The notes: generated by a model not told the origin, from the letters alone. DNA of 64,000 nt from an uncultured Bacilli bacterium (GCA_944372115.1 CALVYH010000005.1:11812-75811); one strand, 5' to 3'; shown: positions 45,428-56,088, counted from the stretch's first letter. Numbers and translations: made by a program.

Positions 45428-46510
45428 ATGGCGATGTATTACTGGAATCGATTTAAGAAAAAAGTAAATAACTATTTTTATGATCATCCTTTTCAAAAAG
45501 GGACCATTAATTATGTATACGCAATTATAGTTACTGCTATTAGCGCTATTTGTTTTTCTTTCGGTTTTAAATGTTTTATCCAACCAAACTATCAAGCATT
45601 TTCAGACCCATCATTAATTACAGAAAATGGTGTTTTTTTAACACTTGCTTCTTCAGGAGCAAGTGGAATCTCTCAATCAGTAGTTGAAATTTGTAAATTA
45701 TTGGGATTTAACTTTATTATTGATCCATTTAATTTGTATGTAACAAACTTTATTTCCTATTTTGTAGTTAATATTCCACTCTTAGTATTAGCATATTTTA
45801 AAATTGGTAAGAAATTTGCTTTTTTAAGTTTAATAAATGTTATTTTTGTTACTATATTCGGTATTATTTTACCTAATAATGCTGGAGATTTTATTACTGA
45901 GATTTCTGAAGCAGTTTTTAATCAACCGGTTGCTAGAATTTTATTTGCTGGATTATGTACTGGGACAGCAACTGCTTTAAGTTATTTGATTGAATCAACA
46001 TGTGGTGGAATTGATATTATCGCTTATTATATTAGTGAAAAGAAATCTTCAGGCGTAGGTATTTATAGTGCAATTATAAATTTCTTTATTGTTTCTTTAT
46101 TTTCTATTTTGTCTTGTTTAAGTGGAGGAGTAGTTGATGGAGTTCATTTCTCAGCTGTTCCTATTTCTCATCAAGCAATTATTTTCATGTATACATTTGT
46201 TTATATGATTATTACTACTTTAGTAGTTGATACAATAAATATTTCTAATAAAAAATTATCGCTTCAAATTATTTCTAAAGATTCTAATTTATCGCAAGTA
46301 ATTATGGCTAATATTCCTCATGGATGTACAGTCATTGAAGGAAAAGGCGGATATACTGGAAATGAAGTATTCATAATTATGGTTACTATTAGAAAAAATG
46401 AGCGTAGAAAAGTTATACGTATCGCTAAACAAGCTGATCCTTCTTGCTTTATAAATGTTTTAAATACTGAACAAGTTTATGGTAAGTTTTTCAGAAAACC
46501 TATTAAATAA
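45428..46510 (+). CDS. YitT-family membrane protein with a C-terminal DUF2179 domain
   Basis: A multi-TM N-terminal part contains GGIDIIAYY. The C-terminus reads GCTVIEGKGGYTGNEVFIIMVTIRKNERRKVIRIAKQADPSCFINVLNTEQVYGKF. The start is uncertain (45416, 45428 or 45434). Confidence 0.8.
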   Translation: MAMYYWNRFKKKVNNYFYDHPFQKGTINYVYAIIVTAISAICFSFGFKCFIQPNYQAFSDPSLITENGVFLTLASSGASGISQSVVEICKLLGFNFIIDPFNLYVTNFISYFVVNIPLLVLAYFKIGKKFAFLSLINVIFVTIFGIILPNNAGDFITEISEAVFNQPVARILFAGLCTGTATALSYLIESTCGGIDIIAYYISEKKSSGVGIYSAIINFFIVSLFSILSCLSGGVVDGVHFSAVPISHQAIIFMYTFVYMIITTLVVDTINISNKKLSLQIISKDSNLSQVIMANIPHGCTVIEGKGGYTGNEVFIIMVTIRKNERRKVIRIAKQADPSCFINVLNTEQVYGKFFRKPIK

Positions 46511-46537
46511 AAAGTCCGATATAATCGGACTTTTTTA
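46510..46537 (+). terminator. Terminator after the YitT-family gene
   Basis: gtccgat / atcggac is followed by tttttt. Confidence 0.8.
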
Positions 46538-46547
46538 ATATCTTAGT

Positions 46548-46635
46548 TGGCGGAGAAAAGGGGATTTGAACCCCTGCGAGTATTCCTCCTATTGGTTTTC
46601 GAAACCAACCCCTTCAGCCGCTTGGGTATTTCTCC
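46548..46635 (-). tRNA. tRNA-Ser (anticodon CGA), CCA encoded
   Basis: The reverse complement is GGAGAAAT..TTGGT-TTCGAAA-ACCAA..long variable arm..GGGGTTCAAATCCCC..TTTCTCC-G-CCA. The acceptor pairs GGAGAAA/TTTCTCC, and the anticodon loop gives CGA. Confidence 0.93.
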
Positions 46636-46742
46636 TTGTTTATTACCTATAATATATTACATTAAAATTATCTTATTTTTAACTTTAATTTTTATAGTGA
46701 TATTTTAAAAAGAGTTGAATTTAGTATATAATACTAAAATGT

Positions 46743-48494
46743 ATGAACGGTCAATTTTTTGCTGTCGATGTATCTTCTTTTACGGTATTTTTTATCGTTT
46801 TAGAAATCTTATTAATTTTTGGTCTTTTTATAACGATTTTTTCTTTTAACTTTTCTATTAAACGCAATAAGAAAAAATATTTAGAAGAACATAACTCTTC
46901 ATTTTACTATATTATAAATTTAAGGACTCAAAAGGTTTTAAAATATAATTCTAGAGATTTAAGTGTTTATAAAAATGAAACTTTTGTTGATTTTTTATCC
47001 CAATTTTCTAGCGAAGAACAAAATAATGTTAAAAATTGGCTAATTGAAAATTTAAATAAAGATGATTTTGATAGATTTGACAAATGTGCAGTTGGTTTAT
47101 TTACTTTTGCTGATGTTAAATTAAATACTTTATATAAAAAAATCGCTTTAAAAATAGTCGCTGTTGATCAAAATGATGAATTAATTTATTTAGAAACAAC
47201 AAAACTTTCTAATTTTCCAACTAATGATTATAAAAGCAAAAAAAGAGTTAAAAAAATTAGTTATGATTTAGGAGAAATAAAAAAGAGTTATGAAGATGGA
47301 TTTTTTGCTAAAGGGTCTTCTTATATAATTTCTTTTCAAAAAAAGGAAAGTGTTGAATCTATTTTCAACGAAAGTTTTGTAAAATTATTAATTTTAGATG
47401 GTCTTTATAGCGTTTTAGATAAAAATGATGTTTCTTTTTATTTTAAAAATCCTTCAAGATTTGAAATTGGTCTTTTAGATAAAGGGTTTGTTACTGTTGC
47501 ACAAACTAAAGCAAATCTAAAAAAGATTTATAAAAAAATTAATGAAACAATGGAAGGTTATGGTTTATTAAATTTTTATAAATATACAGTCGTAGGAGGA
47601 ATTGTTTCTGATTTCTCTCACTCATTTGACACGATGTATAATTCTCTTTATCAATATATTGGTGATAATTTTGATAAAAAATTAGATTGTACTTTATATC
47701 GTAAAGAAGAAAATTTAAATAATGCTTTAGATAATGTTAAAAATGAATTTCACTCGGTTATTTCTAGAAGAGGGATTGAATCAAATTATCGTTCAATTGT
47801 TCAAGTAAAAGAAGATAGAATCTTAAATTATGGTTACTTTGTTAATTTTAAGGTAAAAAGTAATGTATTTAAAAATATTGAAATGTTAAAAAAAGCTGGA
47901 AAACAATTTAATCAATGTAAAGGCATTTTGTCTTTATGCATGAAAGAATGTGTCCCGCCTTATTATAATGCAAGAGAAAATTACTTTTCTAAACTTATTA
48001 TCCCGATTAATTATGATGAACTTGATGCTACCTTAGATCAAGCAACTAGAATTACCCATTTAAATGAATCTCATATTGTTTTTTTACTCGATATTAATGA
48101 ATTCTTAGATATTGAAGATTTAAATATTGCTTATCAAACGATTAAGAAAGTTCAACTTAAAGGGTATGAGGTTGGATTGCTTATTCGAGAAGGAGAGTTC
48201 CAAGTTAAAAAAGAATTATATGAAGCCATTGATATGTTCTTTGTTGATTGCGAACTTGAAGAAAATGTTAAAGCTGATTCAAAAAGTTTTATCAATGCTC
48301 ACGCACTGCTTGAAAAATTGGTTTCTTATAAAAAGCCGATTATTGAAATTAATGCTCGTTCTTTTTCTGAAATTGAATTAATATATCGTTCGGGCATTCA
48401 ATATTTCTCAAGTGATATCATCCAAAGTTTCTCTCCGATGATTACCCCACTTGATAAGAAAACTATTAAAAAATTGGTTAATATTGCTAAATAA
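46743..48494 (+). CDS. Membrane-anchored protein with a possible degenerate EAL-like C-terminal domain
   Basis: The N-terminal TM helix is FTVFFIVLEILLIFGLFITIFSF. C-terminal blocks are co-linear with EAL topology but lack the catalytic residues: IESNYRSIVQV...YGYFVNF, LIIPINYDEL, IVFLLDINEF, LKGYEVGLLIREGEF, IDMFFVDCEL, PIIEINARSFSEIELIYRSGIQYFSS. Confidence 0.35.
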   Translation: MNGQFFAVDVSSFTVFFIVLEILLIFGLFITIFSFNFSIKRNKKKYLEEHNSSFYYIINLRTQKVLKYNSRDLSVYKNETFVDFLSQFSSEEQNNVKNWLIENLNKDDFDRFDKCAVGLFTFADVKLNTLYKKIALKIVAVDQNDELIYLETTKLSNFPTNDYKSKKRVKKISYDLGEIKKSYEDGFFAKGSSYIISFQKKESVESIFNESFVKLLILDGLYSVLDKNDVSFYFKNPSRFEIGLLDKGFVTVAQTKANLKKIYKKINETMEGYGLLNFYKYTVVGGIVSDFSHSFDTMYNSLYQYIGDNFDKKLDCTLYRKEENLNNALDNVKNEFHSVISRRGIESNYRSIVQVKEDRILNYGYFVNFKVKSNVFKNIEMLKKAGKQFNQCKGILSLCMKECVPPYYNARENYFSKLIIPINYDELDATLDQATRITHLNESHIVFLLDINEFLDIEDLNIAYQTIKKVQLKGYEVGLLIREGEFQVKKELYEAIDMFFVDCELEENVKADSKSFINAHALLEKLVSYKKPIIEINARSFSEIELIYRSGIQYFSSDIIQSFSPMITPLDKKTIKKLVNIAK

Positions 48495-48513
48495 ATGAAA
48501 GGAATTGTTATAT

Positions 48514-49941
48514 ATGGATATTAAAAATAAAAGTATCACTCCAAGAGACGAAGATTTTGCTCAATGGTATACTGATGTTTGCAAAAAAGCAGAATTAATG
48601 GATTATACATCTACAAAAGGTTTTATTATTTATAGACCTTATGGTTATGCAATTTGGGAAAATATTCGTAATTATTTAGATAAAGAATTTAAAGAAACAG
48701 GTCATGAAAATGTTTATATGCCTTTAGTTATCCCACAATCTTTATTCCAAAAAGAAAAAGATCATATCGAAGGATTTGCACCTGAATGTTTAGTTGCTAC
48801 ATTAGGTGGAGGAAATGAAATTCCTGACCCATTAATTATTAGACCAACTAGTGAGTGCGTTTTTACAGATCATTATGCACACATTATTTCATCATATCGC
48901 GATTTACCAAAAAAATATAACCAATGGTGTTCTGTTGTTAGATGGGAAAAAACAACACGTCCATTTTTAAGAGGAAGTGAATTCCTTTGGCAAGAAGGTC
49001 ATACAATGCACGCATCTGAAGTTGAAGCTAAAGAAGAAACTTTAAAAATGCTCGAAATTTATGATAATTTAGGTAAAGATTTATTAGCTATTCCATTTGT
49101 TAAAGGAAGAAAAACAGAAAAAGAAAAGTTTGCTGGAGCTTTAGAAACTTATTCAATCGAAGCTTTAATGCATGATGGAAAAGCTCTTCAAAGCGGAACA
49201 ACCCATTATTTTGGAGATGGTTTTGCTAAAGCTTTTGGCGTTCAATATTTAGATAAAGATGGAAAAATTAAAAATCCATTTCAAACATCATGGGGCGTTT
49301 CAACTCGTTTATTAGGTGCAATTATTATGGTTCATGGCGATGATAATGGACTTGTTTTACCTCCATTTGTCGCTCCTATTCAAGCAGTTATTGTTCCTAT
49401 TCAAATGGCAAAAGAAGGAGTTATGAAAAAATGCCATGAAGTATTTGATGAACTTAAACAAAATGGTATTAGAGTTAAACTCGATGATAGTGATAAAACT
49501 CCAGGATGGAAATTTGCTGAATATGAAGTAAAGGGCGTTCCATTAAGAATTGAAATTGGACCACGTGATATTCAAAATAATGTTTTAACTATTGTTAAAA
49601 GAAATGATGGAGTAAAAGAACAAATTTCTATTGATAATGTAACTGCTGAAGTAAATAGATTATTAAAGAAAATGCATGAAGAAATGTATCACGCTGCATT
49701 TAAAAACTTACTTGCAAATATTAAAGAAGTCCATTCTTATGAAGAATTAAAAGAAGTAGTTAATAAAGGTGGATATGCTAAGATGATGTGGTGTGGCGAT
49801 GAAGAGTGTGAAAATAAGATTAAAGAAGATACAAATGCAACTTCAAGATGTATGCCATTTGATCAAACCGCATTTGATGATGTTTGCCCAGTCTGTGGTA
49901 AAAAAGCAAAATATGTAATCTATTTTGCCAAAGCTTATTAG
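48514..49941 (+). CDS. proS: Prolyl-tRNA synthetase, archaeal/eukaryote-like type with a C-terminal zinc-binding domain
   Basis: ITPRDEDFAQWYTDV..A.L.DY...G...RP.G, RPTSE, FLRGSEFLWQEGHT, and the C-terminal CGDEECE...CPVCGKKA. The product is 475 aa and has no bacterial-type editing insertion. Confidence 0.93.
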   Translation: MDIKNKSITPRDEDFAQWYTDVCKKAELMDYTSTKGFIIYRPYGYAIWENIRNYLDKEFKETGHENVYMPLVIPQSLFQKEKDHIEGFAPECLVATLGGGNEIPDPLIIRPTSECVFTDHYAHIISSYRDLPKKYNQWCSVVRWEKTTRPFLRGSEFLWQEGHTMHASEVEAKEETLKMLEIYDNLGKDLLAIPFVKGRKTEKEKFAGALETYSIEALMHDGKALQSGTTHYFGDGFAKAFGVQYLDKDGKIKNPFQTSWGVSTRLLGAIIMVHGDDNGLVLPPFVAPIQAVIVPIQMAKEGVMKKCHEVFDELKQNGIRVKLDDSDKTPGWKFAEYEVKGVPLRIEIGPRDIQNNVLTIVKRNDGVKEQISIDNVTAEVNRLLKKMHEEMYHAAFKNLLANIKEVHSYEELKEVVNKGGYAKMMWCGDEECENKIKEDTNATSRCMPFDQTAFDDVCPVCGKKAKYVIYFAKAY

Positions 49942-49952
49942 TTAATATTTAA

Positions 49953-49986
49953 AAATCCTGGCTGATTAGCAGTTAGGATTTTTTAA
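49953..49986. terminator. Hairpin between convergent proS and the transporter gene
   Basis: aaaaatcct...aggatttttt. It overlaps the last codons of the minus-strand gene. Confidence 0.45.
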
Positions 49987-51507
49987 AAGTTCGTTTTTGA
50001 TATTTTCATAAGTTTTTTCATCTAAAATTTTAACAAATTTAAGTGTTATTAAAATTCCTATTATTAATAAAATAAGTGGTAAGATAACAAAACCAATTCT
50101 ATAAATAATTAAGGAAGTTGATAAATTAGGGGTTGATAAAATACTTTCTAAAATCATTTCGTTTTTACTAATTTCATCTATTTCATGAGTGTTAAATAAA
50201 GCTTCAGCATTAGAAATTGAATTGTTTAAGCTAAATAAAGATGAAATAAGAAGGAAAATATAAAGAAGAATCGTTTGGATTCCGTTTGCAAATTTAACAG
50301 ATAAAAATTTAAAGGAAGCAACGCTAGAAGCGATTCTTTTTTTATAATAATATTCGTGATATTCAACGATATTTGTACAATTCATTGTAAAAATAATATA
50401 AACAATTCCTTGGAAAAAGAAAGTAAAAAATCCAGCAATAAATAATGAGATTTCAAATCCTTTATTAAATCCAAAATAGAACATATATAAGTAACCTATT
50501 GTTAAAATAATTAATGAAACGATTAACATTCTTTTTTTAGATACTTTTTTAGCTAAAAATGGATATAAAACCATTGCTAAAGTAAAGCCAACTCCATAAA
50601 CAAGTGAAAAAATAAAGGACATTACTCCGCCACTAAGTAAAGCCCCTTCTAAAGGAGTTGAAGAAAAAGATCCATAACCATAGTTATAATAAAAATAATT
50701 AGCGCTATTTCCAATAATTATAAATTGAGCAGTAAATTGTAAAAGGAAAGCAATCATTACAAGTAAGATTTGTTTATCTTTAAAAAGAGGTAAATAACTA
50801 TCTTTTAATTTAAAATTAGATTTAGTAGTTATATTTACTTCTTTTTCTTTCATGAAGAAAAGTGCAAAAACAATTTGTGAAATAACATATAAAGCGCCGA
50901 CAAAAATAGCAACGATTGTTAAATTATTTTTAGCATTTCCGGTTGTTAAAAGTGGAGAGATTGCACAAACTGTATAAGTTCCAATAGCAATAAAAAAATT
51001 CATTAAAGATAAAACTTTTGCTCTTTTAACTTCATCAGTTGCTAAAGATGGCAAATAACCCCAAAAAGCTACATCATTTAATTGATATGTAATTTCTTGA
51101 AAGAAAACAAAAAGTAAAAATAAAACAACATATAAGTATCCTTCTCCAGGTGTAAAGAACATTAAAAAATAAAAAAATGATGTAATAATTGCTCCAAAAA
51201 GTATAAAAGGACGATATTTGCCCATTTTAAAATTTGATTTTTCAATTAAAAAAGATGTAAATGGAGCTAATAATCCGGAAATTATTTTAATTAAAGCAAC
51301 TCCAATTGTAATAATTAAATACATGTTTTCATATGTTGATACATTTTCTTTGCCTAATGGCGAAGCAAATTGAACATATAATAGTAAAAACAGTGAAACA
51401 AATTGTAGCAATGCATCTCTAAAAGTAGAGATAAATGAATAAGCAAATCTAGTTGATTTTGGGGCTAAATCACCATTGAAAGTTCTAAATAATTTAAATT
51501 TTTCCAT
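49966..51507 (-). CDS. MFS/GPH-family (glycoside-pentoside-hexuronide-like) transporter
   Basis: It is a 513-aa protein with about 12-14 TM helices and a GPH-like N-terminus (FAYSFISTFRDALLQFVSLFLLLY). Confidence 0.6.
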   Translation of the reverse strand: MEKFKLFRTFNGDLAPKSTRFAYSFISTFRDALLQFVSLFLLLYVQFASPLGKENVSTYENMYLIITIGVALIKIISGLLAPFTSFLIEKSNFKMGKYRPFILFGAIITSFFYFLMFFTPGEGYLYVVLFLLFVFFQEITYQLNDVAFWGYLPSLATDEVKRAKVLSLMNFFIAIGTYTVCAISPLLTTGNAKNNLTIVAIFVGALYVISQIVFALFFMKEKEVNITTKSNFKLKDSYLPLFKDKQILLVMIAFLLQFTAQFIIIGNSANYFYYNYGYGSFSSTPLEGALLSGGVMSFIFSLVYGVGFTLAMVLYPFLAKKVSKKRMLIVSLIILTIGYLYMFYFGFNKGFEISLFIAGFFTFFFQGIVYIIFTMNCTNIVEYHEYYYKKRIASSVASFKFLSVKFANGIQTILLYIFLLISSLFSLNNSISNAEALFNTHEIDEISKNEMILESILSTPNLSTSLIIYRIGFVILPLILLIIGILITLKFVKILDEKTYENIKNELLKNPNC

Positions 51508-51590
51508 TTATAAAATTATAACGCATAAAAGGTTAATTTATATAGAATTGTTAAATATTTTTTCATATAATTTTTTTGTTATTTAAATTT

Positions 51591-52475
51591 ATGAGAAAAG
51601 TTTGTTTAATTGGTGCGAGTACTGTCGATTATATCGCAACTTCAAATGATCGTTTTATTTTAAAAGATAAAAATGCAGGAAAAATAAAAATTTCATTTGG
51701 AGGGGTAATGAGAAATGTCGCTTATTCATTAGGATTATTAAGTGATAAATGCACTTTTTTAACACCAATTGGTAATGATTTATACGGTCTTAAAAATAAA
51801 GAAGAGTTAGAAAAAAATAATATCACAGTGATATCTCCAAAAACAGATAAAAATAGCGCAATTTATTTATGTTTAAACGACAACGACAATGATATGATTT
51901 GCGGATTAACCGACAATGAAATTTTTGAATCGCTAAATTTATCTTTTTTAAAAGATAACGAAATACTTTTGTCTTCTTTTGAATATTTAATAATTGACGG
52001 AAATTTAAAAGAAGATTGCATAGAATATATCTTTCATAAATTCAAAGACAAAAAGATAATTGTAGAAGCAGTTTCTAATTTAAAAGTGAAAAAATTTTCT
52101 CCTTATTTGAAAGAAATTTTCTTATTAAAATGTAATAGTTATGAAGCAAAAGCGTTATTGGAAGATGGAAATAACAAGGATGAAAGTTTATTAGACGAAT
52201 TCTTAAATAAGGGATTAAAAAATTTGGTTATTTCTCAAGGTAGTAGCGATGTTTTATATCTCGATAACGGCATTAAAAAGAAAAAAGAGGTACAAATTAT
52301 CAAAGATATTAAAAATACAACTGGATGTGGCGATGCCTTGTTTAGCGGTATTATTCATTCTTTAATTAATGATAAAAGTTTAGATAAAGGTGTTGAATTA
52401 GGAATTAAAATGGCTTATTTAACACTTTTGAGTGATAGTGCAGTATCTTTAGAGATTAAAAATTTAGTTATTTAA
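51591..52475 (+). CDS. PfkB-family carbohydrate/nucleoside kinase (pseudouridine-kinase-like)
   Basis: SFGGVMRNVAYSL, DGN, TGCGDALFSGII. I prefer ATG 51591. Confidence 0.75.
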   Translation: MRKVCLIGASTVDYIATSNDRFILKDKNAGKIKISFGGVMRNVAYSLGLLSDKCTFLTPIGNDLYGLKNKEELEKNNITVISPKTDKNSAIYLCLNDNDNDMICGLTDNEIFESLNLSFLKDNEILLSSFEYLIIDGNLKEDCIEYIFHKFKDKKIIVEAVSNLKVKKFSPYLKEIFLLKCNSYEAKALLEDGNNKDESLLDEFLNKGLKNLVISQGSSDVLYLDNGIKKKKEVQIIKDIKNTTGCGDALFSGIIHSLINDKSLDKGVELGIKMAYLTLLSDSAVSLEIKNLVI

Positions 52476-52493
52476 GAAAGGTAGAATATAAAA

Positions 52494-54020
52494 ATGGACA
52501 AAATTATCGTAATAGATTATGGAAGTCAATATAACGAACTCATCGTAAGAAGATTAAGAGACTTAAATGTTGAATCATATTTATGTCCTTCAACATTTTC
52601 TTATGAAGATGCATTAAAAATAAATGATTTGAAAGGAATTATTTTAAGTGGAGGATTTGATTCTGTTTCATCATCATCGCTTAGTTTTAATAAGGATTTA
52701 TTAAAATTAAATGTTCCAATTTTAGGAATTTGTTATGGAATGGAACTTCTTTCTCATTTTTTAAATGGACAAATTAATAAAGCTAAAAATAGTGAATATG
52801 GAAGAAGCTTAATAAATGTTGATAATTCATCTCCTATATTTAAAAATCTACCATCTTCTTTTAATGCTTGGATGTCTCATTCAGATAGTGTTACTTTTGA
52901 TAATAATGAAGATATAAAAATCATTGCTACAAATAAAAATAAAGAAGTTGTTGGCTTTTCTTATAAAAATTCCATATATGGCTTATTATTCCATCCGGAA
53001 GTAAATAATACTGACTTTTCTAAAGAAATTTTCTTAAACTTCATTGATATTTGCGGAGCAAAAAGAGATTTTATAATGGATAATTTTGTTGAAACAAAAA
53101 TTAAAGAGATAAGAGAAGAAGTCAAAGATAAAAAAGTAATTTTAGGTCTTAGCGGCGGTGTCGATAGTGCAGTATGTGCTCTTTTATTGCATAAAGCGAT
53201 TGGCGACAATTTAATACCTGTTTTTATCGATCATGGATTAAATAGAAAATATGAAAAAGAGGAATTAGAAGAAAGATTTGTAAAAAAATTACATTTAAAT
53301 GTTGTCATTAAAGATTTTAGTCAGGTATTTTTAGAAAGATTAAATGGAGTTACTGATCCAGAAACAAAAAGGAAAATAATTGGGAAAACTTTTATTGATT
53401 GTTTTAAAAAGGTTGCTGATGAATATAAAGACATTGATTTTTTAGCTCAAGGTACTTTATATACCGACATTGTCGAATCAGGGAAAGGGGGCATCTCAAA
53501 AGTCATTAAATCTCATCATAATGTTGGTGGATTACCAAAAGATTTAAATTTTAAACTAATTGAACCTTTAAAAACTTTATATAAAGATCAAGTAAGAGAA
53601 GTCGGAAAAATTTTAGGATTAGACAAGGAGTTTTTATATCGCCAACCATTTCCAGGGCCAGGGCTTGGAATTAGAATAATAGGTGAAATTACTAAAGAAA
53701 AATTAGACATTTTAAGAGAAGCTGATTATATTTTAAGAAGTGAAGTTAAAAACAATCATTTAACTAATGATATTTGGCAATATTTTTGCGTTCTAACTAA
53801 CCTAAAAAGCGTTGGCGTAATGGGTGATAATCGAACATATTGTTATGCATTAGCTATAAGATGTGTTACTTCAATTGATGGAATGACCGCTGATTTTTAT
53901 AAGATGGATTATGACATTTTAGGAAAAATTGCCAACCGTATTGTTAACGAAGTTAAAGGAATTAATCGTGTTCTATATGATGTAACTTCAAAACCGCCAT
54001 CAACAATTGAATATGAATAA
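52494..54020 (+). CDS. guaA: GMP synthase (glutamine-hydrolysing)
   Basis: The GATase block is GICYGMELL..HPE. The PP-loop is LGLSGGVDSAV. The C-terminus reads TSKPPSTIEYE. Confidence 0.96.
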   Translation: MDKIIVIDYGSQYNELIVRRLRDLNVESYLCPSTFSYEDALKINDLKGIILSGGFDSVSSSSLSFNKDLLKLNVPILGICYGMELLSHFLNGQINKAKNSEYGRSLINVDNSSPIFKNLPSSFNAWMSHSDSVTFDNNEDIKIIATNKNKEVVGFSYKNSIYGLLFHPEVNNTDFSKEIFLNFIDICGAKRDFIMDNFVETKIKEIREEVKDKKVILGLSGGVDSAVCALLLHKAIGDNLIPVFIDHGLNRKYEKEELEERFVKKLHLNVVIKDFSQVFLERLNGVTDPETKRKIIGKTFIDCFKKVADEYKDIDFLAQGTLYTDIVESGKGGISKVIKSHHNVGGLPKDLNFKLIEPLKTLYKDQVREVGKILGLDKEFLYRQPFPGPGLGIRIIGEITKEKLDILREADYILRSEVKNNHLTNDIWQYFCVLTNLKSVGVMGDNRTYCYALAIRCVTSIDGMTADFYKMDYDILGKIANRIVNEVKGINRVLYDVTSKPPSTIEYE

Positions 54021-54042
54021 CATTTAAAAAGGAAGTAAAAAT

Positions 54043-55059
54043 ATGAAAGTTTTATTATATTTTGAAAATGAAAATGCAATTAAAAAAAGTGGTATTGGTA
54101 GAGCCTTAAGACACCAAATTAAAGCTTGCGAAGAAAACGGAATCGAATATACATTAAATCCAAAAGATGATTTTGATATTGCACACATAAATACTTACTT
54201 TACAAAGTCTCATCTTTTAGCAAAAAAATTTAAGAAAAAGGGAATTCCTTTAATAGTGCATGGACATTCTACGCGAGAAGATTTTAGGGATTCTTTTAGA
54301 TTGTGGAAGGTAATGAAAATATATTTTTATCCTCAATTAAAAAAGATGTATTCGTTAGCCGACTTAATCATTACTCCAACTCCATATTCAAAAAAATTAA
54401 TTCTTTCTTATGGATATAATAAAAATGTTATTGATTTATCAAATGGAATTGACTTAAAAGAATATGAACATAACGAAGGGTCAATTAAAGCTTTTAAAGA
54501 GCATTTTAATATCAAAGATGGTGAAAAAGTAATTATCGGTGTTGGTCTTCCTTTTAGAAGGAAAGGAATCCAAGATTTTATTGAAGTAGCTAGAAAATAT
54601 CCTGATATTAAGTTTATCTGGTTTGGTCATCTTGCAAGAATTCTAGTTCAACCATATATTTTAAAATATATTAAAAATCGACCAAATAATGTAATTATGC
54701 CTGGATATATCGCTGGAAATATAATTAAAGGTGCATATCAATATGCTTCTCTTGTCTTTTTTCCTTCCTATGAAGAGACAGAAGGCATTGTTGCTTTAGA
54801 AGCTTTAGCCAGTAAAACTCCTCTACTTGTTAGAGATGTTGGAGTTTATGATAGTTGGCTTTTTAATAATAAAAATTGCTATATGGGTAAAAATAACGAT
54901 GAATTTTCGTTATTAATTGATAAAATTATTTCTTCTGATAATTCAAAAATAATTGAAGAAGGATATAAAACTGTTCAAGAAAGAGATTTAAAAAATATTG
55001 GAAAAAGATTGAAAGAAATCTATTCTAAACTTTTGGAAGATAAAAATGTTAAAAAATAG
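54043..55059 (+). CDS. GT4-family (GT-B) glycosyltransferase, glycolipid-synthase-like
   Basis: FPSYEETEGIVALEALASKTPLLVRDVG (EX7E motif). Confidence 0.8.
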   Translation: MKVLLYFENENAIKKSGIGRALRHQIKACEENGIEYTLNPKDDFDIAHINTYFTKSHLLAKKFKKKGIPLIVHGHSTREDFRDSFRLWKVMKIYFYPQLKKMYSLADLIITPTPYSKKLILSYGYNKNVIDLSNGIDLKEYEHNEGSIKAFKEHFNIKDGEKVIIGVGLPFRRKGIQDFIEVARKYPDIKFIWFGHLARILVQPYILKYIKNRPNNVIMPGYIAGNIIKGAYQYASLVFFPSYEETEGIVALEALASKTPLLVRDVGVYDSWLFNNKNCYMGKNNDEFSLLIDKIISSDNSKIIEEGYKTVQERDLKNIGKRLKEIYSKLLEDKNVKK

Positions 55060-55879
55060 TATTTTAAAAATAATCGCTATAATTTTTTTATTATTACTTT
55101 CAAGTTGTAATCTATCTTTTGATAATGAAAAAGCTCTTACTTACGATGAAGTCAAAATCATTATTTCATCTTATGATTTTAGTGCTCAAAAATTAATCGT
55201 TAATTCTAAAGTAAATTCAAAAATAAATTCAGAATCTTTTACTAATAACGAATTGACGATTAAAGAAAACATAAATTTAAATACAATTCAACACATCGAC
55301 TTTTCCTCATATTCCTCATATTATGTTTATTCTTTTAGCGAAGAAGAACATAAGTATGAAGGTTTTATAAATCAAACCTTAAATTCAAAATTAGAAATTT
55401 TAAGTTATATAAGCGATAATAAGCTTTTTACTTTTCAAAAGATTGGCGAAATTTCAGACGTAATAAGTGAAACCATAGAAATAAGCGAAGATTCATTTAA
55501 ACAAGTAATAAACAATTCAATCGAAGTACTCGAAAGTGAAAATAGGTTAAACGAAAAAAATTTGGATGTCTTTAATAATAAATCTAAAGAAACTAATTAT
55601 TTCTTTAATGAATCAAAGAACGAGTTAACCATTAATATCAAAGAAATAGACTTATTAGATTTACCGTTTTCTAATCTTAAATCAAATTTAACGAGTTCAC
55701 TTATAATTGATGAAATTACATTAAAGTATGATAAAGACGGTTATATTACTAGCTTTGAAGTGCCTTTATTTCAATATGAAACAAGTATTGAATCACTAAA
55801 TATTAAGACAATTACTGAGTATTCCATAAGTCAACATATTGAATACAAAAATGATTTCGATCGATTAGAAAAACTTTGA
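55046..55879 (+). CDS. Lipoprotein
   Basis: MLKNSILKIIAIIFLLLLSS|C lipobox. It overlaps the GT4 stop. Confidence 0.7.
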   Translation: MLKNSILKIIAIIFLLLLSSCNLSFDNEKALTYDEVKIIISSYDFSAQKLIVNSKVNSKINSESFTNNELTIKENINLNTIQHIDFSSYSSYYVYSFSEEEHKYEGFINQTLNSKLEILSYISDNKLFTFQKIGEISDVISETIEISEDSFKQVINNSIEVLESENRLNEKNLDVFNNKSKETNYFFNESKNELTINIKEIDLLDLPFSNLKSNLTSSLIIDEITLKYDKDGYITSFEVPLFQYETSIESLNIKTITEYSISQHIEYKNDFDRLEKL

Positions 55880-55960
55880 TTTTCAAGGTTTTTCAACGCT
55901 AAATTTATTGTAGTAATTTTATATTCGCTTTGATATAATAATTAAGCCTGAATTGACAGT

Positions 55961-56050
55961 GGAGTAATACCCAAGTGGTGAAGGGGCTTCCCTGCTAAGG
56001 AAGTAGATCGGGCAACCGGTGCGAGAGTTCGATCCTCTCTTACTCCGCCA
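55961..56050 (+). tRNA. tRNA-Ser (anticodon GCU), CCA encoded
   Basis: The acceptor pairs GGAGTAA/TTACTCC. The anticodon arm is CTTCC-CTGCTAA-GGAAG. It has a long variable arm and the T-arm GAGAGTTCGATCCTCTC. An extended -10 TGATATAAT lies at 55931-55939. Confidence 0.93.
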
Positions 56051-56063
56051 TATTTGAGAAAAT

Positions 56064-56088
56064 GTGCGATTAATATCGCATTTTTTTG
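56064..56088 (+). terminator. Terminator after tRNA-Ser
   Basis: tgcgat / atcgca is followed by ttttttt. Confidence 0.7.
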
